From Phyllosticta citribraziliensis (taxonomy: Eukaryota), in assembly GCF_038025025.1 (NCBI RefSeq), contig NW_027117347.1:1488001-1552000 (forward strand): 64,000 nucleotides of DNA, read 5' to 3'. The notes beneath the pieces are model-generated. The model was given only the letters and a program-made list of their open reading frames with translations. It had not been told where the DNA came from and did no database searches. A program made the position numbers and the translations under genes. Below are positions 50,942 to 62,257 of this stretch, in pieces; position 1 is the first letter of the stretch; every line of letters begins with the position of its first letter.

Positions 50942-52936
50942 TCATGCCTCCCTTTGGTCGCGGGGCTCCTCTTGACTATCCTTGGGAGCTGAGGATTCCA
51001 GGGATAGCTCTGCAGCCTCTTGATGTTGGTCTTGACTCTCGCTTGCATTGCTCTCGGCTGCAGAAGACTCCTCCTTCGCTGCCGCGGTGGTCGTCGGCTC
51101 GAGATTCTCGTCTGCGCTGCTCTCAGCAGCATTAGGAGCCTGTACCGGCTCCGCGGCTGTCTGGGCCTGACTTGCGTCTCCATCGCTCTTTACTACGCCA
51201 CGGAGGTTGGGCCGGTACGGCGCAGGCCCTCTATCCGCGTGGATTGGCCTTATTCTCAGTCCCTGTCGGTCCGTTCTCTTCTCGATTTTGAGTCCAGCAT
51301 CGAATCCTGCCATTCCAGATGAGAACACCTTGTGGTATTTCAGGAGGGCTTCCCTCTTTGCTATCACGTCCTCGAAGAAGCGCCCCACAAACGGCACCAG
51401 GAGCAGACGGGTGTCGCGCGTCTTCAATCTCAGCGAGAGTTCCTTTCGCAGAACCGCAAATGTGGCTTTGACGTGCCTCCAGGCGAAGGACTGTCGCGGA
51501 AGATCGTTAGTCGGGTCAGCTGGGTCTTTGATCGATAGCAGATATGGCCGTTCTGGCCAGACGGTTCCGACCTGGAAAATCAAGTGTCAGCCAAGCCGGT
51601 TAGAGTATTTGTGGCTTCGGTACTCACAGGAATCCGAGATTCTGTAGATTCTGCTGGGGGCTGCATCTTTTCGGAGACTTGTGGAGGGTCGATTGTCATC
51701 CATTTCTTGTCGGAATCGAAAACGGTGTAGAACGAAAGCACATGAAGCAACATCTCGGCCGGGGTGTTTGGCATTGGTTGCGGACCATTCTTCAGGGCTG
51801 CTACGATCATGTAGAATAATGTGTAAGATCCAATGCCCCCATTGAAGACATCCGTGAGACCTCTGGCAGAGAGTGTGCGCCTTAGTAGCACGTAGACGGT
51901 CAGGATGTGGGGTATCTCCTCCATGTACTTGCTCGTGGTGATGAGAGAGTGGCTGGGGTCATTCGAGCAAACAATTTGCACATCGATGTTGGTTGGGCGA
52001 TGCGACGTTTCAATAAGTGGGTAGCGCGCATGGAGTAGTACCGGCGTTTGGAAAAGACGATGATCTTGGGCGCCTTTCCCCAGCCGGTTAGGGACGTGAA
52101 GATATCTGAGAGCGCGCTGGAATTGATTGAGAGCGTTAATCAAACGCTTGCGATTGTTGTAACGGGGGGCTTGTTTGGCGTCGATGTCCGATGCCTCATA
52201 GATGGTCTTGTCATAGAGGCGGAAATCCAGGTCCGAAGTGATGGTTGCCAGTGAATTGACCTCTGATCCAAAAGGCTCAAGACCAAAGCCTTTCAAAATT
52301 GTCTCTTGATGCATAGAAAAGATCTTCATCAAGTCTTCGGTGACACAATTCCGAGCAACGCGTTCTTTTTCGGTGGGAAGGAGAAATTCGGCAAAAGAGG
52401 AGAGCTCCTCATTGAGTCTGAAAAGGTGAGGAGAGTGCGGAGAAAGGGCGGCGAGAGTCTTACCTGACCAATGGCAGCTTGGAAATGGTGCCTTCATCAT
52501 ACCATGGCAGCTTGTGATCCTCGACGTATTTATCGTGCAGCAGATGTATATATTGACCAGTGTAGTCTGGGGGCGGCAGTGTTGGTCTCTTTTGCCGTCG
52601 AAGCGACGAAGTATCTTGGTCGTTTCTGACTTTGCGGTTTCGAGGAGTGTCGAAAGATTTGGCCGTGTAATGTATGCGGACTGGTTGTTTATCCCGGTTC
52701 ACATGTCTAGAATCTTGGAGCGCGGCTTGAACGTCATCATTCAAAGCTTGCGCATTGTCTGGTCTTGATTCCGTCTCAGGCTCGGGTTCTGGCTGCAGGT
52801 TGCGTGAAGAGGTGGAAAAGGACGCAGGAAGTCGGGGCGTGGAGGTGCGGCGAGGAGGATTGCGCAGCGAAATGCGCAGGCGTTGGGAGAGGCAATTGAG
52901 GTTGGGCGAAGGGCGAAGGACCCAGTTCGCGTGCAT
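50942..52936 (-). CDS. Non-canonical poly(A) polymerase / Trf4-Cid14-like nucleotidyltransferase with a predicted mitochondrial presequence
   Basis: Exons 52936-52464, 52417-51628 and 51571-50942. Pol-beta NTase motif PFGSEVNSLATITSDLDF, HARYPLI, DVQI, RGLTDVFNGGIGSYTL and PAP-associated LSIKDPADPTNDL. Confidence 0.82.
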
Positions 52937-53949
52937 GACTGCGCGCTCAATGGGCCAAAGGATGGACGGAGAAGGCAGCGCTCGAAAGAGTGGTCGAATA
53001 GAGAAGTGGATTATCCAAGCGGACGACGCATCACACGCGTGGTGGAGGTCCGCCGGCCGTCGCCCGTGGTCGACGCATTTGTGGTCCGTGCTGACCAGGC
53101 TCACCGCCTTCGGAGCGGGACGAAGTGGACGCCGACCGACCAGCGACCCGGACCTGAGTCAGAAGCGGAAGCGCACGAGCATGACACGAATCAAGACACC
53201 ACCAAGTGGGCGACGATTGAAGAGACAGGACTGGCCGGAGACTGGACAGCAGAGATGACGCGCCTGGCCTGGCTCGAGCTCGACATGAGCACGGCGGCGG
53301 CGGCATCCCTCGCACAGCCCGGAATCGATGCACATGCCCAGAGCAGAATCAGAATCCTGGTCTGGAAAAGGGGCCGACAAACGTGCCTTGATGTCGACGG
53401 ACACCCAGCACAGCAAGTGACTACCGTACAAGCTACAGTACCTATCTCTCGCGGGCGGGCTGGGTCCAGACTTTGTTGGAAGAGCAGAGATGGCTCCAGA
53501 AGACCAGCCCCTGCCTGCCATGGCTTCTCATAAATGAGTGAAATTACCTGGTTTTGCTGTCCTGCTGCCCGCATCTGCCCACTGGCACCCTTCACCAGAA
53601 ATCCACCCCGCTAAGAGAGGTCAAGTGCCTGTGTTGTGCTGCATCCCCCCCCAGTCCCGTCCGCCTGGCTTCCTTGGCACCGACCAATTACGTCAGGCTT
53701 CGCGAAGAATTCCAGGTCCAGTCCTCGAGCTGCACTCCTCTCCACAGCACTCCCACTCCCTCACCCCGCGCTGCCACACCTCCTTCTTCTCCTGCAGCAC
53801 TGCTGGAGGCCACTCTGTACGTCTTTCACTCCTCACCTCCTCTCCGCCAGCCCATCTCGACAGACAACCCATCCCCCCTCCCTCTTCACCCCACCTGCAT
53901 TCATTTCGTACCACCTGCTCACCCCGCGACAACGCAGCACAACACCAAC

Positions 53950-56882
53950 ATGCCCTCCCTGCCTTCGAGACCCCAGGCCGACCGTACCGAATCTGTCCAT
54001 CCTGCTCTCAATCCCGCCCTCACCTCCATACCCGTCACCCCCGGCGTCCTCGCCAACGGAAACTCGAGTTACTTTCAGCATGGCCGCTCAACCTCGCCCT
54101 CCGACGTAGCTGCCGGTGCCAAGACCGCCGAAGAGCTCCTACAGAGGCTTGCCAGGCCCGCCGGCGACTCGACGCAAAATGCCCATCTGGCCGACGTAGA
54201 CCCCAAGGCCGCGCACCCCAACCTCAATCTGAGCGGAGGTGTCATTAGCGCAACCACGGCCGTCCCGTACACGGTTGCCTACTCACCCGGCAGCGATTGG
54301 GTGAGTGCCATGTCAACGCAGAAATTGGACATGAGCTGATCAGGAAGTAGCAATTGCGGTCCCGACGGGGTACCTCCGCTCTTTTTGACTCCTTCACTCA
54401 CCTGTCCTCGTCCGCGTCTCCCTGGAACCACACCCTGGTTGGCTGGACTGGTGAAATCAAGGTTGCTCCCGATGCACAGATTCACCATGGCAGCGCCAAC
54501 AGCGTCGCCAACACAGCTCCCTTGAACAAGGCTTCGGCGCCGATTCCTGTCGACGTCAACTCCAAGCCCCCGCAGCCGACTCACATCGACGGCATCAGCA
54601 TCGACCGCGAACACCGGCAGCGCCTTGAGCGGCAGCTGGAGCGCGACCACGGCGGCAGAATCGTTCCCGTATGGCTGTACGACGACATGGACGAGGACAA
54701 TGACGCCCTGGTTCTCAAGAACCAATCTAGGTGGCGCCAGTTTGCTGAGAATGAATTGTACAATCTCTTCCATTACAAGCAAAACGAGCCCGCTGATGGA
54801 CGTGCGGCACGCAAGGCATGGGCCGATTACTACCGAATGAACAAGATGTTTGCCGACAAAATCTTGGAGATCTACAAGCCTGGAGACATCATCATGGTTC
54901 ACGACTACTACCTTCTCCTGCTCCCTAGCCTGTTGCGCCAGAGGCTCCCCAACGTTTACATTGGCTTTTTCCTCCACATTCCATTCCCCAGCAGCGAATT
55001 CTACCGCTGTTTGAGCCGACGCAAGGAGATACTTGAGGGTGTCCTGGGCGCCAACATGGTTGGCTTCCAGTCCTACAGCTACTCACGTCACTTTTCTTCC
55101 TGCTGTACCCGAATCCTTGGCTTCGACTCGTCTTCGGCTGGTGTGGATGCATACGGGGCCCACGTCGCAGTGGATGTGTTCCCGATTGGCATCAACGCTG
55201 CGGAAACGCAGAAAGTCTGCTTTGAGGATTCCAAGGTCGCCGAAAAGGTGCAGGCCATCCGCGAGCTCTATGCCGGCAAAAAGGTCATTGTGGGCCGAGA
55301 CAGGCTCGATGCCGTGAGGGGAGTTGCGCAAAAGCTGCAAGCCTTTGAAATGTTTCTGGAGAGGTACCCAGAGTGGCGGGATCAGGTAGTCCTGATCCAG
55401 GTCACCAGCCCCAGCAGCAACCAACTCAACCAGCATGATCCGGACAATAAATTCATGAACAAAATTTCCGACCTCGTGGCCAAAATCAACGGCAACTATG
55501 GGTCCCTCAGCTTCACGCCTGTGCAGCATTACCCGCAGTACCTTTCCAAGGAGGAGTACTTTGCACTGTTGCGCGTGGCCGACGTTGGCCTCATCACCAG
55601 TGTTCGTGATGGCATGAACACGACCAGCATGGAGTACATCATCGCTCAAAAGGACGATCATGGCCCTCTGATCCTCTCCGAATTTTCTGGTACCGCCGGC
55701 AGCCTGGGCAGCGCGATTCACATCAACCCCTGGGATCTTGGCGGAGTTGCGGATGCCATTGACCGGGCGCTGACCATGTCCGAAGAAGAAAGGACAGCCC
55801 AGCACGAGAAGCTTTACAAGCATGTCATCACCAACAACGTTCAGGCGTGGAGCTCGAATTACTTCAGGCGGTTGTTGACCAACCTTTCTTCGTTTGATCA
55901 GTCGTTTGCCACGCCGGCTCTGGACAGGGCCAAGCTTCTGGCACAGTACCGTCAAGCGAAGAAGAGGCTCTTCATGTTTGACTATGACGGCACGTTGACA
56001 CCCATCGTGAAGGACCCCCAATCGGCCATCCCTTCGGACAGGGTCATTCGCACCATCAAGACCTTGGCATCGGACCCTTCCAACGCTGTCTGGATCATCA
56101 GCGGACGTGATCAGGCTTTCCTTGATGAGTGGATGGGACACATTACTGAGCTAGGCCTCAGCGCCGAGCATGGCAGCTTCATGCGCCATCCTCGCTCGGA
56201 AGAGTGGGAGAATTTGACCGACAAGACGGACATGAGCTGGCAGTCGGAGGTGATGCAGGTGTTCCAGCACTACACGGAGCGAACCCAGGGTGCGTGCGCA
56301 CGTCGAAACGAGACAATGGTGGAAGCTGACTGTTGGCAGGCTCATTCATCGAACGCAAAAAGATAGCGCTGACATGGCACTATCGGCGTGCTGATCCCGA
56401 GTACGGCGCCTACCAGGCACGAGAATGCCAAAGGCACCTTGAAAACACCGTGGCCAAGAAGTACGATGTCGAGGTCATGACGGGCAAGGCCAACCTGGAG
56501 GTGCGGCCTCGGTTTGTGAACAAGGGCGAGATTGCCAAGCGCCTGGTTGCGGAGTATGGCGCGTCGCCTCCCGAGTTCATTTTGTGCCTGGGCGACGACT
56601 TTACAGACGAAGGTAAGCACTGACTGCGCTGTGAAGATGGATGCGACAGATGCTGATGGTTGGATAGACATGTTCCGAGCTTTGCGTCGCTCGAACTTAC
56701 CTCAAGACCACGTCTTTTCCGTGACAGTTGGAGCTAGCTCCAAGCAGACGCTGGCGAGCTGGCACCTACTGGAGCCATCCGACGTCATTTCGGTGGTTGC
56801 TCTCCTCAACGGCTCGGCTGACGCTGGCAACATTGGCGCCGTCGCAGTTGTGGACGGCACGGTGCCCGAATCACGACTGTAA
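53950..56882 (+). CDS. TPS2: Trehalose-6-phosphate phosphatase (GT20-like plus HAD phosphatase domains; OrlA/Tps2)
   Basis: Exons 53950-54300, 54351-56289, 56340-56612 and 56668-56882. HDYYLLLLP, GFFLHIPFPSSE, RDGMN, HAD motif FDYDGTLTP, SAEHG and LGDDFTDEDMF. Confidence 0.95.
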
Positions 56883-57974
56883 TGGGAGGGTGGAGAGTGG
56901 ACATTTGCTTTTCAACATGGGATGCGACAATGAGAAGACCCGGGGCGTAGTAGGGAGGCATTGACGAGTGGAGGACAATCATGATGGCGTAGGCTCAATA
57001 AAAGCCAGGATGGGTCAGGCAACGCCTCGGCAAAAGCATAGACAAGGCCAAGATAGAGCACAAATGAAGCATTTTCTTCACTGCAACGCGACGAGTGTTT
57101 TGGAGGCCGAATCTGACAGAGAAGGCGGAAGCGGAGCTGCCGTGAGCGTTTCGTGGCACGTCACGCGTTTCGACGAGAGAACAATGCGACTCGGGAGGAA
57201 AAGAAAGGCCAGCTGGACGGGAGATCGTGCACATCAACGTGGCTGCAGGGAGCGTCTGCTGGTCTTTTATTGTTTGGTTGGATGATTGATACTAAGCTTT
57301 GCGGGATGCTGACAGACTTCTCGGGCGGGCAACGGGAGGGACGATTTCAATTTCGGACCATGGAGATGGATTGACGACCTGACGACGCGCGGGGGTTGCT
57401 CAGGTCGAGCACAAGATGAGGGCGGCCCCTGACTGCCGTATCTCTGCTTCATCAGGCGTGGCCTCGCCTCGCTTGTCAACGCTTGACCCACCTGCTGAGC
57501 GCCGCCGTTGTTCTTCATCCTCGATCCCTCCCTCCCGCACCACAACGCCTCTCCAACTCCCTCCCGTCCACTCCCTCTGGCTACCGCCTCACCGCTCGTT
57601 CCGTCTGCGCCGCTAGCAATCCCACGCTGACCCAGCAAACCGCCTATCCTTCTATCCCAAAGTCAAACAGAGCCATATATTGCTCGACGATCCGCTCCGC
57701 ACAATCCCCGGCCCAACCATCTTTACCTTCCCCTTCGCGTCACCTGCTCCGAGCTGCAGATCCATTCGTAGCCCCATCTCCGGGCCAAGTCAAATCCAGA
57801 GCCAGACAGACCGTCGTATTATTGTTGCCAGCGTCCCGTTCCTCGTCGCCTCTCGTTGTCAACAACTCAACGTCTCTTTTCGCTGGAATTCTCCTGCTGC
57901 AAAAGAAACCTGCTGCTGTTTGACTTTCGCCCCCTCTGCCCGGCCGACTCCTATCCAATCTCGCTCTCGCCGTC

Positions 57975-58289
57975 ATGGGTCTTCTCGACAAGCTGCAAGC
58001 AAGTACGTCCTCTCGGCTCCCCTATCTCCCATTTCGAAGCCCCGCGTGTTGACATGCCATGCACCCAGAACTCGAGCTCTACCGCTTGGAGAAGCGCTAC
58101 ACCCGCCGCGACAAGCGCACCACGTTCATCAGCGACGCCCGTTACGTCGACGGCGAGTACGTCTACGGCAGCACGTCACCGACGTCGAGCACGTCAACTT
58201 CGTCCTCTTCCAACTCGGCTTCTCGGCGCTGGTCCAAGATCCCGACAGCGGCCGTCCGCGACCTTTCTGGACGCCTGAATCGGCCTTAG
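57975..58289 (+). CDS. Small (82 aa) fungal protein of unknown function
   Basis: ATG in good context (cgtcATGg). Intron 58003-58068 (GTACGT..TTGAC..CAG). Product MGLLDKLQAKLELYRLEKRYTRRDKRTTFISDARYVDGEYVYGSTSPTSSTSTSSSSNSASRRWSKIPTAAVRDLSGRLNRP. C-biased third codon positions. Confidence 0.75.
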
Positions 58290-59933
58290 AGCAAGAGAAA
58301 AAACAGAGCTCCGCAACGGAAAGCTGCCTCGAGCTGCGCGGAAACTTGCGTCGCGGCTACGGCGGCATGATTCACTGCTTGCTTGTTGTTTTGGCCTGCT
58401 CGCCTGTCTCGGAGCCAAACAGCGGCGGCCGTGACACGGCGGTCGTGACAGAAGAGAGATACGGGGACCGACACACACGACACGACACGCGCGAAGCTCG
58501 ACCGAGCTAGGTACCTACCTAAGGAGAGACAGGGCCCTCCTCCCATCCGGATCCCTCGTGGGGAGGACCCGGAGAAACGCCACTAGCGCACCGCCTGCCG
58601 CCGCCTTATTCCCTTACCTTGCCTAGGCGTGCCGTGCCTGCCAATCGCCTGCTGTGGCCGTCGTGAAACGTGCCGCCGGGTCGACTGCGAAGAAGGCCGG
58701 ACGCGTGCGAGACCCCGGGAGAGCACGTCCTTAGCGCCGCCCTCCCTCTGAACGCGACATGCACAACCTGGCGCCAATTTGCTGTACTACTCTACGCCGT
58801 CGTCGTTGCTACCGCAGCCGCTCGACCTGGAAATGTAAACGGGGCTACTCTCAGGCGTTTGGCGCGGCGGCTGGGGCGACACGACGCAGCTTGCACACGA
58901 CATGACGACCTACCACCATCATCATTATCACACAACCTTTTCGACCACTGCATACATACATTGTACATAATCATCACGGCTCGCACAGCGCGGGCCTGTT
59001 TTGGTTCTTGCACGCACGCTACCGCTGCCGCTTCGCTGCCTGCCTGCCTGCCTGCCTGCCTGGCGCATCCGGCTCTGCGCAGTGCAGCGTGGCCGCTTAC
59101 ACCCACCCACCTCTCGACATTCGTTGCGTTTCCTTTTCTCTGTTTCTTTCCTTTATGACATACCCCGCACCACACCGTCTGCATTGGCGTCAGCACTATC
59201 GTCATTAGGCATGAGCATCGTGGCTTTTTACAGCCAGCGAAAAGTCTTCCTTCAACCATCTTTCCATCCTCCCTCTTCTCTTTGCTTCTCCTTTGTTCAT
59301 CGTCGTCGTCTTGTTAGACTTGGGTCGGATAGAACGCATCTAGATATACTGGAGCATATCGCATTGTTAGCGGGCATACAAAAGAAATCTACCATCTTCT
59401 TTGCAAATGCACTTCGGTCAATGAACCAATCTGTCTTTGTAGCCCGACCATCGCCCGTTGCATCTTTGTATGCATGTATCACCCAGTACCGCCTTACCTT
59501 ACCTTACCTCGCCTTGTGGCACAACAACCAGCCGCCACGCCGCCCTTGCTTCGCCATGCCACGCCGCGCTGGCACGGCCCGTGGTACAGTGTATGTATGG
59601 CAAGCAGGTGGGAGCGGTAGAAAACGGTAGATTAGGGTGTGACAGACACACTGCAAGTGCCGTGGGCGCGTTACTACGCGCGCGTGGAAGACGTGGCAGA
59701 GATGGACGCGCAGCTTACGGCGTCGCAGGAAATCAGGGGTATGGTATGTACAGGTAGCAGGGTAGGTAATCATTATGTAGGTATTTACAGCAAGACGTCA
59801 TATCAACAAGGCGGTGGCGGGGGGGGTGGGGGCGCATGTACATTCACTCTTCCATTTCTCTCCTCTCTCCTTCTCTCTCCCTCTTTCTTTCTCTCTCTAA
59901 TTCTTTATTTCTCTCTCTGTCATTCGACAAAAT

Positions 59934-60934
59934 TTAAGCCTTGAGGTACTCGTCGAACCAGGCGACGGCCTGGTAAAAGGCCTGCTCCTTGGCGAACTTG
60001 ACGTGCTTCTTGGACACGTCGCCGCGGACGGCGAAGCCGTGCTCGACGCCCGAGAAGAGGTTCAGCTGGTACGTCGCCTTGATGCCGACGAGGATGTCTT
60101 CGGATTCGCGGCGCTTGGGCGCGGGGAAGATGTCGTCGGTTTCTGTGGGTGACGTCAGTTGCGTGGCTAGGTGGTGACGGCATGCAGGGGTTGCGTTGCG
60201 CGGGAGTCAGGGGGCGAAAAGGGATTCTAGGGGTATGGGGGTGGGGTGCTAGAAGGAGGGAGAATGGGAGTCGGCGTACCAGCAGCGGCGATGCTCAGGG
60301 GGCCCTGGATGGCCTTGAGCTCGTCGGCGTCGACGAACGAGGGGTGGGCGACGAAGCCGACGTCGATGTTGCCGGGCTGGAGAGCGCGCACGACGTACTT
60401 TGCGCCGAAGCAGTAGCCGACGCCGCCGACGCGCTTGGTGCCCTTGTCGGCGCGCAGGGCCTTGACGACGCTCTGCACAATCGGCTCGACGTGCTGCACC
60501 AGGTGGTTTTGCAGCCACGCCATCAGGTCGAAGCCCTCGGGCATCTGCGCCGGCACGGGGTTCTTGTTGAACAGGTCGGGGACGACCGTGTAGTAGCCGT
60601 TGGCGGCGTATTCGTCGGCGATGCTAGAGGAGGCGAGGCGCGTTAGAGGGTTGGTCTGGCATGTCTGTCGTGCGGTTGGTGGTGGTGGTGGTGGCTCACA
60701 GCTGCGAGTTGTTGAACTCGTGGCCGAAGATGTCGGTCAGGATCAGGACGGCATTCTCGGTGCTCTTGTCGGCCGGGTAGGCAACGTAGGACTCGACTGC
60801 GAGGTGGTTAGACGGGATGGATGCTGAGGGGTGGTAATTGACGTACTGCCGCCGACCTTCTCAATCGAGCCGGTGGGCTTGCCCTCGTGCTTGACAGCAA
60901 CGGTGCAGCACTTGGCGGGGGGGTTGGAGGCCAT
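59934..60934 (-). CDS. Dienelactone hydrolase family protein (yeast Aim2-like)
   Basis: Exons 60934-60847, 60796-60700, 60623-60280 and 60142-59934. MASNPPAKCC, TDIFG, nucleophile GYCFG, AHPS, ETDDIFP and HGFAVRGD. Confidence 0.9.
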
Positions 60935-62121
60935 TGTTTCTGAGGAGGGATTCGGCGAGAGTGACGAGAGCGACGAGAGGGCGAGGAGGGCGATTGAGGG
61001 GCGAGGGATACAGGTGAGGTGTTGGAGGGGCCCTCGCCGTGGGGTAGTTGTCCGTCTTTTTATCCCATGGCGGGCAGTGTTCGGAAATGTCCATGCGGTG
61101 GGCATGGTGGGGACCGTCGCTGACGCATTGCGACTGAGACGGGCAGGTTGCCGTTATCCAGCCCGAGAAGGGCAGTGAGTAGCGCGACGGCGCTCCCTTT
61201 TGCTGTCGAGTGGGTGTCGTCGTCCAGGTCGACGTCCAAAAAGAGCCTTTGCAAGCTTTCGCAGCGGCTGCCAGGATAACCCCGACAAGGCTGTTATTTC
61301 CGCCACGGCGCCTGCGGAGCCTCCGTTGCCGCTCTGCCTTCACCTCCAGGGAGTCAACACCCTCTGCTCGTCATCATCCATATGTTTTCAGGCCCTCCCG
61401 TCGTCCATTGCCGCCACCGCCGCCACCACCTTCTCTGCCCGGACATAAGCCGCCATGGCAACGTCTCCGTCGCTGGGCCTGGCCAGCCTGTGAGCGCGGC
61501 CTTCATGCGTGCCTGCTCAGGGGACGAGAGCACGATCCCACGTCATGGAGCCCCTATACAGCCTCGACGTCGCTCCCAGGCCGCCATGATCCCCGCACAT
61601 CCACGTGGTGCGCGTTCGCCAAAGCTTGTCCGAAGGATCTGCTGCCCTGCATGCTCGAATCTTTGCTCAATCTCTCGCGGCCCCGGCCATTTCTCCCAAC
61701 ACGGCCCGTCGGTCTCGACTGTGAACGTTGCATAAACCCTCTGTGCTCCTGCTGGCACCGCTTGTGGCTGGAGCGCGTAACCGGTGAGCTTATGGGTCCT
61801 GTCCTGTCCTGTCCTGTCCTGTCCTGAGCCCGTCCCGTCAGATCATCGACCAAGAAAGGCGACGCCATCACCCTGGTCATCGGGATGCCGGCTCGGAAAG
61901 ACGGAGCGTCGGCGAAAGATCTGACCCGTTGCACGTCAACACCATGGCACGCTTCTGCAACCATCGTATCACATTTGGGACTCACGAGGCTATTGATTTG
62001 CAATGCTCACTGCATGAGCTTTCTGACCTTGACCAGCTTGCTGCTCGGACGCCCAACGCTGCTCACGGGCATGCCGTGCTCTTTCACAGTTTACGCAGCC
62101 TCGAAATTGGTAACCCATTGG

Positions 62122-62148
62122 TTTTTTTTTTTTTTTTTTTTTTTTTTT
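62122..62148. repeat. Poly(T)27 homopolymer
   Basis: Directly visible; reads as A27 about 110 nt downstream of the SSADH stop on the coding strand. Confidence 0.9.
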
Positions 62149-62257
62149 GTTGTACAGAGTACACAATGCTGTCCCTGTGTCGATCTCGTCGGCTTCTCCA
62201 ATCTTCTCCGCCACAACCCGTCAGCAGGCGTTCGCAATTCTTGCGTCACCATTACAC

